Of a DNA stretch of 64,000 nucleotides, positions 56,658 to 64,000 are shown piece by piece; within the stretch, counting starts at the first letter, position 1, and every line of letters starts with the position of its first letter. The notes beneath the pieces are model-generated. The model saw nothing but the letters and a program-made list of their open reading frames with translations, ran no database searches and was not told where the DNA came from. The DNA lies in contig OZ242382.1 of NCBI GenBank assembly GCA_965209235.1, positions 1,058,957 to 1,122,956 on the forward strand, in the 5' to 3' direction. Both the position numbers and the translations under genes were made by a program. The stretch comes from Gammaproteobacteria bacterium (lineage in GTDB: Bacteria; Pseudomonadota; Gammaproteobacteria; G965209235).

Positions 56658-58205
56658 CTAGACTGCGACCGATTTCAGCACATGCACCCCTGAGTTAGCG
56701 GGCATGACTGTGGCTCGCCCATTGAGCCAATCTTGAGAGGTGGCAGCATGGGCGAGGGATGGTTCATTGGATTGGGCGATGATGCGCTTGCCATCGGATG
56801 TATCCGCAATGACGATGGCAGACGCAGGTCCTGTTTTGTCATACACTGACGTGTACGTGGTGATCGTGACATCGCCGGTCACGTCTTTCGCAAGTTCCCG
56901 TGGCGCCGCCCCATCGACGAGCGTTTGCGTTTCACCAAAATTCGGCGCTCTCCACTTCTCTGTGGGCGGTATCGTCGAGTAGATACCCGTGGAGTGTTTG
57001 GTCAGGTAAAACCCGTTACCAGTCGTGAGCGCGTAACTGCCGCGGTCGCGACGACAACGCTCGACCGCTTCCGCGATGCTATGCAGTTGGTACGCGTTCC
57101 CTGGTCCACCAAAGTAAGGGAGGCCTCCGGTCAACGTCAGACCGCGCGGATCGTCGTGCGGAATACCAATTTCGTCGCAGGCAATTTGCACAGCGCACGG
57201 GAAACAAGAGTAGAGGTCGATGTAGTCGACATCACTCATCGTGATATTGGCCATATCGAGCGCTTGCGATACGTTGTGCCTGATGCCAGGTGAGGAATGG
57301 AAATTGGCCCTCTGATGCACATACCACTCGTCATGGGCTTGAGAACACCCGGACAAATACACCCAGTGGCTTTCGGGTATGCCGAGTTCCTTCGCCTTTT
57401 TGACAGAGCAGACGAAGGCTGCGGCTGATTGGTTCACACGGATGATGGAGCACATGTACTTGGTATACGGCTCAGAGATCATTCGGTTCGCGAGTGACGG
57501 CTGTGCGACTTCATCAGCGGTGTGTGCCTTAGGGAACCATGAGTAGGGGTTTGAAGCAGCAACTTGTGACATGCGCGAGAAGATCTCGCCGCAGGCTTGT
57601 TGATGCTCCGGCACCGATTGTTGGTACTTCTGACGTAGCCCGTTGGCAAATAGTGGGTAGCTGATGATCGGGTAGTGCAGGCCGGCTGCGTGTTCTTCGG
57701 GGGTTACCCCTGCCCGTACGACGCCGATGGCTTCGGGATCTTGAGGCCACTGTTCTGTCCAGTGCTGGTTGCTCAATCCCGCAGTGCGTCGTTTGAGGCG
57801 TGATCCCAGCGCTTCACCTCCCACGACAAGCGCGAGATCAAACTCACCGTTGGCGATCATGTCTGCCATGGCCGAGATGCAATATTGCCCCGAATCGCCG
57901 CCGCCCGCATTGAGGAACGTGCGAGAGCACGTCGTGCCTAGTCGTTTAGCAACCGAGGCAGCGGGGTCGTTGTATGGCAAGGTGGACATGGATCCGTCAG
58001 CGGATGTGTCCGTAACGAATCGAACGGCGCAGCAAGCTTGAGTGGCCCCAAGCAGGTCTGCCGGATTGACAGACGTGTTTGCTGCAGCCGCGCGCGCCGC
58101 ATGAGCCAACATGTCGATGGGGTCGCTGGCCGTCTCGAGGTCGGGCGATCGCTCAATGGATTGCCCGACCCCGATGATGACCGGCGTTCTGTCATGCGCC
58201 GTCAT
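56658..58205 (-). CDS. Thiolase-like acetyl-CoA acetyltransferase
   Basis: 'PVIIGVGQ', 'DLYSCFP', 'LTLTGGLPYFGGPGN'. Confidence 0.85.
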   Translation of the reverse strand: MTAHDRTPVIIGVGQSIERSPDLETASDPIDMLAHAARAAAANTSVNPADLLGATQACCAVRFVTDTSADGSMSTLPYNDPAASVAKRLGTTCSRTFLNAGGGDSGQYCISAMADMIANGEFDLALVVGGEALGSRLKRRTAGLSNQHWTEQWPQDPEAIGVVRAGVTPEEHAAGLHYPIISYPLFANGLRQKYQQSVPEHQQACGEIFSRMSQVAASNPYSWFPKAHTADEVAQPSLANRMISEPYTKYMCSIIRVNQSAAAFVCSVKKAKELGIPESHWVYLSGCSQAHDEWYVHQRANFHSSPGIRHNVSQALDMANITMSDVDYIDLYSCFPCAVQIACDEIGIPHDDPRGLTLTGGLPYFGGPGNAYQLHSIAEAVERCRRDRGSYALTTGNGFYLTKHSTGIYSTIPPTEKWRAPNFGETQTLVDGAAPRELAKDVTGDVTITTYTSVYDKTGPASAIVIADTSDGKRIIAQSNEPSLAHAATSQDWLNGRATVMPANSGVHVLKSVAV

Positions 58206-58226
58206 GTCCCGGTAAGACCGGAGCGC

Positions 58227-60056
58227 TTAGTGGTTTGCACCCCCGTGTGCGATGTATTCGTTCACGTGTCTTTCCAAGATATCCAGAGGCAAGGAACCTT
58301 GCTTCAGGATGACATCATGGAAATCGCGAATGTCGAAGTTATCGCCGAGGTGATGCTCGGACTTGTGCAACAGTTCTTGGATCTTGAGCATGCCAATCTT
58401 GTAGGCTGTTGCTTGACCAGGCATCACTGCGTAGCGATCAATTGCACGTTCGCATTCTTCGGATGTGTCAGCCGTGTTGTTGACCAAGTAATCAACAGCT
58501 TGCTGGCGAGACCAACGTTTGTGGTGCAGACCGGTGTCCGTCACCAAACGCGCGGCTCTCCACGCTTCCATCGCGAGACGGCCGAAGTCGCTGTACGGGT
58601 CAGTGTAGTAACCGAATTTTTTCGGCAACCACTCGGAATACAAACCCCATCCTTCGGTGTACGCGGTATGTCCACCAAGGCGACGGAACAATGGCAAGCC
58701 ATCCAGTTCTTGCGAAATGGCCAACTGCATGTGGTGTCCTGGGACGCCTTCGTGATAGGCCAAGGCTTCCAGTTGGTAGGTCGGCATGTTGGACATGTCG
58801 AACAGGTTGACGTAGTAGATGCCAGGACGCGAGCCGTCGAGTGCGGGCCGGCCGTAGAAGGCTGTGCCAGCTGACTTTTCGCGGAAGGTTTCCACACGTT
58901 TGACAACCAAAGGAGCTTTGGGCTTGATCGAGAACATCACATCAGACTGCGCTTGGATTTCGTCGATAACGCGCGTGGCGTTGGACAAGTACTGCTCGCG
59001 GCCTTCATCAGTGTTCGCGTAGTAGAAGCGAGGTGACGTACGCATGTATTTGAAGAAATCCTGCAGATTGCCGCTGAATCCCACTTTTTGCATGATGGAA
59101 CGCATTTCATCATGAATACGGGCCATTTCTTCCAGTCCGAGTTGGTGTATCTCAGTCGGAGTCATATCCGTGGTTGTGATGGTGCGCAGGCGGTAGCTGT
59201 AGTAGTCAGCACCGTCATCAAAACGCCATACTCCGGCGCGGTTGTCGGCTCTGCGCTCGAGTTGCTCCAAAGTGGCTGTCAAGTGATCATATGCAGGCTT
59301 CATGTCCTGCACCATCGCAGCCGTGGCTTTGGCAACAAGCGCATCCGTCTTGGCAGGGCCTAGGTTCAGTTCAGAGACCTTGGAGACAAAATCCGCGAGC
59401 ATGGCTGAATCGCCTTCGCCGCCGAAGGGAGAACCAACGAACAGACCATCAATGGCTGAGTACACCTTAGGAAAGATGAACTTCGGCAGGATGACCCCGT
59501 TGTCACCCTGTTTATGGATGCGAGTCGTCGTTTCGCGAATGACCCGGCCCAATTCTGAGATGCGGCTGATGTAAGCATTGGCATCTTTCTCATCATCAAT
59601 GCGATGTTGATTGATGATGAATGCTGGCAATGACGAGTGCACACCAAACATCTGGTTGATGGGATAGCCGTAGTTGCGATATTGCGCGCCTTCGATATCG
59701 TCTTCTAAGTTTTCTTCGAAGAGGTCGTAGTTCAGTTGGTTCGCTGACGACAGTTCATCGCGATCAAACTTCCGAAGCTGTGCGAGCTGCTTTTTGTTCA
59801 GCGCCACACTCTTCTTAGCACCGGCATCGGTGTAATCGTCTAGCTGATTGCTCTTGTCCTTGCTTCCGATGTACGTCAGAAACTCGGGGGATTGAGCGAT
59901 TTGGACTTTTGTGGCATCATCGAGAAACTGTTCAAACGTTGAGTCGATGGTGACACGCGCCTTCGTAGAGGAGCCGCCTGATGTCGTGCAACTCACAACG
60001 AGCGCTGCTGCTGCAACGAGCGCTAGGGAGCTGGAAAAGGTATGTCGAAAGGTCAC
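58227..60056 (-). CDS. DUF885 family lipoprotein
   Basis: Lipobox 'LVVSC', 'YHEGVPGHHMQ', 'AYTEGWGLYSE', 'PGQATAYKIG'. Confidence 0.92.
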   Translation of the reverse strand: MTFRHTFSSSLALVAAAALVVSCTTSGGSSTKARVTIDSTFEQFLDDATKVQIAQSPEFLTYIGSKDKSNQLDDYTDAGAKKSVALNKKQLAQLRKFDRDELSSANQLNYDLFEENLEDDIEGAQYRNYGYPINQMFGVHSSLPAFIINQHRIDDEKDANAYISRISELGRVIRETTTRIHKQGDNGVILPKFIFPKVYSAIDGLFVGSPFGGEGDSAMLADFVSKVSELNLGPAKTDALVAKATAAMVQDMKPAYDHLTATLEQLERRADNRAGVWRFDDGADYYSYRLRTITTTDMTPTEIHQLGLEEMARIHDEMRSIMQKVGFSGNLQDFFKYMRTSPRFYYANTDEGREQYLSNATRVIDEIQAQSDVMFSIKPKAPLVVKRVETFREKSAGTAFYGRPALDGSRPGIYYVNLFDMSNMPTYQLEALAYHEGVPGHHMQLAISQELDGLPLFRRLGGHTAYTEGWGLYSEWLPKKFGYYTDPYSDFGRLAMEAWRAARLVTDTGLHHKRWSRQQAVDYLVNNTADTSEECERAIDRYAVMPGQATAYKIGMLKIQELLHKSEHHLGDNFDIRDFHDVILKQGSLPLDILERHVNEYIAHGGANH

Positions 60057-60138
60057 GGGAAAACGCGCCGCTGAGCTGATGGACGATTCTACCCACGACT
60101 ACACTACACTAATCTGCGCATCGCATATAGGAATCGCC

Positions 60139-61050
60139 GTGATTGATTTTGAAGGACAGGTTGTGATCGTGACGGGAGCCGGTGGAGGCATCGGTCGCGA
60201 GCACGCGCTTGAGTTTGGTCGCCGCGGCGCCAAGGTTGTGGTGAATGACCTGGGCGGTGACGTTGCGGGCCAAGGGCACAGCGCGATGGCGGAAAGCGTG
60301 GTCAATGAAATCAAGAGTGCGGGCGGTAAGGCGATGGCTGATGGCTCAAACGTCACCTCGGCTGAGAGCATGGATGACCTCGTTCAGCGCGTGATTGACC
60401 GTTGGGGTCGAATCGATGTTCTGGTAGCCAATGCGGGAATCTTGCGCGATAAGACTTTCGCGAAGGTGAGTGTTGAAGACTTCCTGACGGTGGTCAACGT
60501 GCACTTGACGGGCACGATGTTGATCACCCGGGCAGTGTGGCCTCATATGCGCGAGCAGGCCTATGGTCGCATCGTCATGACGACATCGTCTTCTGGCTTA
60601 TATGGAAACTTCGGGCAGGCCAACTACGGGGCCGCGAAGATGGGCATCGTCGGATTGATGAATGTCCTGCGTCTTGAAGGCGCGAAATATGACATTCGCG
60701 TGAATGCCGTTGCGCCGATTGCGGGTACGCGTATGACGGATTCGCTAATGGGCGAAGAGGGGGTTCGGGTCTTTGATCCTAAGTTAGTCACCCCAGCCGT
60801 CATTTGCTTAGCGGATCAAGACGCGCCGAATGGACAGATCATCTCAGCAGGCGCAGGTGCCTTTGCTCGGACTGCCATTATTGAGGGTCGCGGTGTCTAC
60901 TTGGGCAGCGACGTTCAGGCTGAAGCGCTCCGCGATCACTGGGAAGACATCGTCGACACCACCGAGCATATTGAGCCGCAACACGGCGGCGAGCAAGGCG
61001 CGAAGATTCGGATGCTGATGGAAGAAGCTGCGACGGCGAAACGCAGATGA
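60139..61050 (+). CDS. SDR-family oxidoreductase (3-hydroxyacyl-CoA dehydrogenase/MFE-2-like)
   Basis: 'VTGAGGGIGR', 'VVVNDLG', 'NAGILRD', 'GLYGNFGQANYGAAK'. Confidence 0.92.
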   Translation: MIDFEGQVVIVTGAGGGIGREHALEFGRRGAKVVVNDLGGDVAGQGHSAMAESVVNEIKSAGGKAMADGSNVTSAESMDDLVQRVIDRWGRIDVLVANAGILRDKTFAKVSVEDFLTVVNVHLTGTMLITRAVWPHMREQAYGRIVMTTSSSGLYGNFGQANYGAAKMGIVGLMNVLRLEGAKYDIRVNAVAPIAGTRMTDSLMGEEGVRVFDPKLVTPAVICLADQDAPNGQIISAGAGAFARTAIIEGRGVYLGSDVQAEALRDHWEDIVDTTEHIEPQHGGEQGAKIRMLMEEAATAKRR

Positions 61051-61053
61051 CGA

Positions 61054-61671
61054 TTACGTCAGCTGAAAGCTAGGCCTTGTTGCCAACGCGTCAAACCACC
61101 GCTTGAGGTTGGGGGCATCTTCAGGGAACGGCGTGCGAGTCACGGGCAAGAAGAACTGCACGGTGCAATAGGCGGTAATGTCCGCCACCGATGGACCGGC
61201 CGTTCCTGCAAGCCATTCGTGATCTTTGAGTTGCTTGTCAAAGGTCGTCAGGCTTCGTTTAGCGACCTCGCCTTGAGACTTTCCATAGTCAGGGAACTGA
61301 TTCTCAAGCGCAGCCATGGCCGGATGTGTATGCCGGAAGAACGCCGCGAAGGGGAACATGAGTTCGAGCTCCGCGCGGCGGTCCCACATGCACACTCGTG
61401 CTTGTTCCACTTTCGTGCCACCAAATGGCGAGTCGGGGCCAGGTTGATCGAGGTAACGACAAATCGCCGTGGTCTCAAGGATGACAGAATCGTCACCCAA
61501 CACCAAAGCAGGGACACGCCCTTTGGGAGAGATAGCGCGATAGGCTGGTTGTTTATGCTCGCCGTCTCGAATTGAGACTTCTTGAATCGGCACGGAGACG
61601 CCAGTTTCTTGCATAAAGAACAATACCCGTTTGGGGTTGGGGGCTGTTGCGCAACTGTAGAGCTTCATCAT
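61054..61671 (-). CDS. Glutathione S-transferase family protein
   Basis: 'APNPKRV', 'GRVPAL', 'LETTAIC.YL', 'SVADI'; ATGA overlap with the nrdB stop. Confidence 0.92.
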   Translation of the reverse strand: MMKLYSCATAPNPKRVLFFMQETGVSVPIQEVSIRDGEHKQPAYRAISPKGRVPALVLGDDSVILETTAICRYLDQPGPDSPFGGTKVEQARVCMWDRRAELELMFPFAAFFRHTHPAMAALENQFPDYGKSQGEVAKRSLTTFDKQLKDHEWLAGTAGPSVADITAYCTVQFFLPVTRTPFPEDAPNLKRWFDALATRPSFQLT

Positions 61672-62999
61672 GTTTCATCCGTCCATTCGAGTTGAACTCC
61701 CGTTTGGTACTCGGTCACACGAGACTCAAAGAAGTTATTCATTTGTGAGAAGTCGGTCATTGTTTGTAACCAATGGAATCGATTTTGAGCGCGCGGCCAC
61801 TGCGGCTCTAAGCCGAGTTGGACCAAGCGTCTGTTGGCAATCGACTCCAGATACTCATAGAGGTCTTTCTTCGCGAGAAGCGGGACCGGTCCCTTACTCA
61901 GCATGTCATCAACGAACGCCTTCTCAAGATCGAGACCTTCTCTGACCATGTTGATCACTTCAGTTTGCATGTCCTCGGTCCAGACATGAGGGTTTTCTGC
62001 GATCAAACGTGTGATCATGTCCAACCCAAACGCGATGTGGTTGGACTCATCGCGCATGATGTACTGAAACTGCTGAGCCGTTCCTTTGAGCAGGTTACGG
62101 TTGCCTAGTGAGAGCACGCTGGCAAACCCACCGTAGAAGAAGATCCCTTCCAACACCATATAAAAGGCAACCAAATTGCGCAGGAACTGTCGATCACTCG
62201 CGACCGTGCCGGTTTTGAAGGCCGGGTCGCACAACTCACGGGTATGGGCCAAGGCCCATTCCGCTTTGGCATTCACCGATGAGACTTCGCGGTACATGTT
62301 GAAGATCGTGCCGCTATCCATACCGAGCGACTCGACACAGTACTGATAGGCATGCGTGTGAAGGGCTTCCTCATACGCTTGCCGAAGCAGAAACTGACGG
62401 CATTCGGGATTCGTAATGTGTGCATACACGGCCAACACGATATTGTTGGCGACGAGTGAGTCAGCGGTCGAGAAGAAGCCAAGAGACAGTTCACACACAC
62501 GTCGCTCCGACTCCGTGAGCCCGTCGCTCTTCCACTCTTTGATATCGTCCGCCATGCTGATTTCGGAGGGCATCCAGTGGTTCGCGCTACTCGCGAGATA
62601 CCGTTCCCATGCCCACTGGTACTTAAAGGGCATGAGTTGATTGAGGTCAGCTCGGCAGTTGATTAGTGATTTATCTGAGACTTCAATACGGCGTTCGCCC
62701 ATCTTCAGCGATGCGATGCTGGCAGCAACACCTGCTCCAATTTCCCCAGCCAAATCGCCTTCTGGTGCGCTTGGGCGGCTGGTGGTTTGGGCCCTCAACA
62801 TCGCATCAACGTCGACTCGTGGGGCTCCCGGATTTTTGGGGGTGACCTGGATGGGCGTTGGAGGAACAGAAGGCGTTAGGGTGGTGGTTTGAGGGCGCGA
62901 TGGCGCTACGGCGTCAGCAAATGGTGCGGGGGCCGCGGGCGTTGGTTTGGCTTGGGGAAGCGACGTTCTGTTGGGGTCAAAGAACCGGTTACTACTCAC
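61668..62999 (-). CDS. nrdB: Ribonucleotide reductase class Ia beta subunit
   Basis: 'FFSTAD', 'EEALHTHAY' (radical Tyr present), 'LEGIFFY', 'RDESNH', 'NFFESRVTEY'; Pro-rich N-terminal extension. Confidence 0.96.
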   Translation of the reverse strand: MSSNRFFDPNRTSLPQAKPTPAAPAPFADAVAPSRPQTTTLTPSVPPTPIQVTPKNPGAPRVDVDAMLRAQTTSRPSAPEGDLAGEIGAGVAASIASLKMGERRIEVSDKSLINCRADLNQLMPFKYQWAWERYLASSANHWMPSEISMADDIKEWKSDGLTESERRVCELSLGFFSTADSLVANNIVLAVYAHITNPECRQFLLRQAYEEALHTHAYQYCVESLGMDSGTIFNMYREVSSVNAKAEWALAHTRELCDPAFKTGTVASDRQFLRNLVAFYMVLEGIFFYGGFASVLSLGNRNLLKGTAQQFQYIMRDESNHIAFGLDMITRLIAENPHVWTEDMQTEVINMVREGLDLEKAFVDDMLSKGPVPLLAKKDLYEYLESIANRRLVQLGLEPQWPRAQNRFHWLQTMTDFSQMNNFFESRVTEYQTGVQLEWTDET

Positions 63000-63345
63000 T
63001 GGACTTGCTCAACGATCTGACTTTTTCTGATTCAATATTGTATGTCAGAAAAGGCATCTTCATGGCTGGATCAAATCACAAAGTCAATGATGGAGTCGGT
63101 CTTTAACGGCGTTGTACGAGACGTTATTACATAACAGATCGAGAAGAGAAGTCATTTTCGAATCTTAGGTGGCATTCTTGATGTGCGCCTTCTGTAGGCT
63201 CAATTCACTCTCACAGTTTCACCCATGTTCTTGGATGACTCCATCCATTAACGTAACGTTACAACTTGCGATTTCAGACCGCAAGCGATTCTTCGCAGGC
63301 ACTGTCAAAATCGAAGATCATGAGATGGCGAAAAAGGGATATCCG

Positions 63346-64000
63346 CTACTGGCATGCTTCGCAATCTGGGTCTTCAATCAAACAGACCGGAGCGGTTGAA
63401 GCAGCTTGAGTTGGTTGAGGTGTTTGCGGAGCGCGAGGGGTCATCGACGGGGCTTGTGCTGTTGACTCAATCTGAGAGGCTGCTTGGGTGCGGAGGTAGT
63501 AGGTCGTCTTCAATCCGCGAAGCCATGCCAGTTCGTACAGGGCGCTGATCTGCTTTCCGTTTGTTGTCGCGACATGAAGATTGAGCGATTGGGCTTGGTC
63601 AATCCACTTTTGACGTCGAGCGGCGGATTCAATCAGCCACTTGTTGTCAATCTCAAACGCGGTCTTGTACAACGCTTTGAGATGGTTAGGGATGCGTCGA
63701 ATGTGCGCCACACTGCCTTTGGCTTGTTTCAAATCGGTGCTCATCACTTCATCAAACATCCCAAGTTCGCGCAAATCGTCAACGAGATGCTTGTTGACCC
63801 ATGGGAAGAAGCCAGACTTGCTCCCACGAGACTGAACGTTCGAGAAAAGCGGCTCAATTGACGAACTGACATCACAAATGTTGGCAATGGTTGCTGTTGG
63901 TGCAATAGCCATCACGTTGGAGTTTCGCATGCCGTGCTGTTGCACTTTCTCGCGAACGGGTGTCCAGTTGAGAGCAGCGTCATCATTGACATCTAGTTCC
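63346..64000 (-). CDS. nrdA: Ribonucleotide reductase class I alpha subunit, 3' end (partial)
   Basis: 'GMRNS.VMAIAPTATI', 'SSIEP', 'DQAQSLN', 'KTTYYLR' and terminal 'DCEACQ'. Confidence 0.95.
   Translation of the reverse strand, partial: ELDVNDDAALNWTPVREKVQQHGMRNSNVMAIAPTATIANICDVSSSIEPLFSNVQSRGSKSGFFPWVNKHLVDDLRELGMFDEVMSTDLKQAKGSVAHIRRIPNHLKALYKTAFEIDNKWLIESAARRQKWIDQAQSLNLHVATTNGKQISALYELAWLRGLKTTYYLRTQAASQIESTAQAPSMTPRAPQTPQPTQAASTAPVCLIEDPDCEACQ

Noticed and set aside
62700-62999. Pro-rich N-terminal extension of NrdB
   Set aside because: Variable N-terminal extensions are normal in Pseudomonas-type NrdB; all metal ligands and the radical Tyr are canonical.
63021-63054. Inverted repeat TTTTCTGA-N14-TCAGAAAA with central CAATATTG upstream of nrdB as an NrdR box
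   Set aside because: It does not fit the C-N8-G spacing of the NrdR consensus; its function cannot be supported.
1-64000. The many short overlapping or antisense ORFs in the six-frame track; CRISPR arrays; rRNA
   Set aside because: The short ORFs are shadow frames of GC-rich genes with no recognisable motifs; no regularly spaced repeats or rRNA-like sequence were found.

Overview
A 64 kb chromosomal window from a Gammaproteobacterium-like organism, inferred from the rpsP-rimM-trmD-rplS and xerD-dsbC-recJ-prfB-lysS synteny. The TonB-dependent receptor, DUF885 and thiolase content suggest an aquatic or host-associated heterotroph (inference). Core genes are tightly packed, with many ATGA/GTGA overlaps and some convergent genes whose stop codons overlap. 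Housekeeping content: zapE (partial), rluC, pepQ, fumC, a pterin-4a-carbinolamine dehydratase-queC-queE cluster, guaBA, nadK, a MoxR/DUF58/vWA/BatD operon, galU, pyrD, ribosomal and translation genes, mdh, nrdB and the 3' part of nrdA. Two paralog expansions for surface-glycan modification stand out. (1) Four tandem, mostly translationally coupled genes at 36.7-43.9 kb, directly behind galU-pyrD. Each encodes two GT25-like glycosyltransferase domains; the second domain has lost the EDD motif but is strikingly conserved across the four paralogs. This is the best candidate for an undescribed system. (2) Four intact OafA-type AT3-SGNH O-acyltransferase genes plus a decayed fifth copy at 8-22.6 kb, with patches that look like gene conversion. 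An AT-richer accessory segment follows guaA and holds one acyltransferase, decayed ORFs and an orphan TagO/VasI-like gene, followed by copBA. Also notable: LysRS with a ~108 aa N-terminal extension and prfB without its programmed frameshift. No tRNA, rRNA, CRISPR array or intact transposase was seen. All assignments come from motif recognition by eye; no database searches were run.
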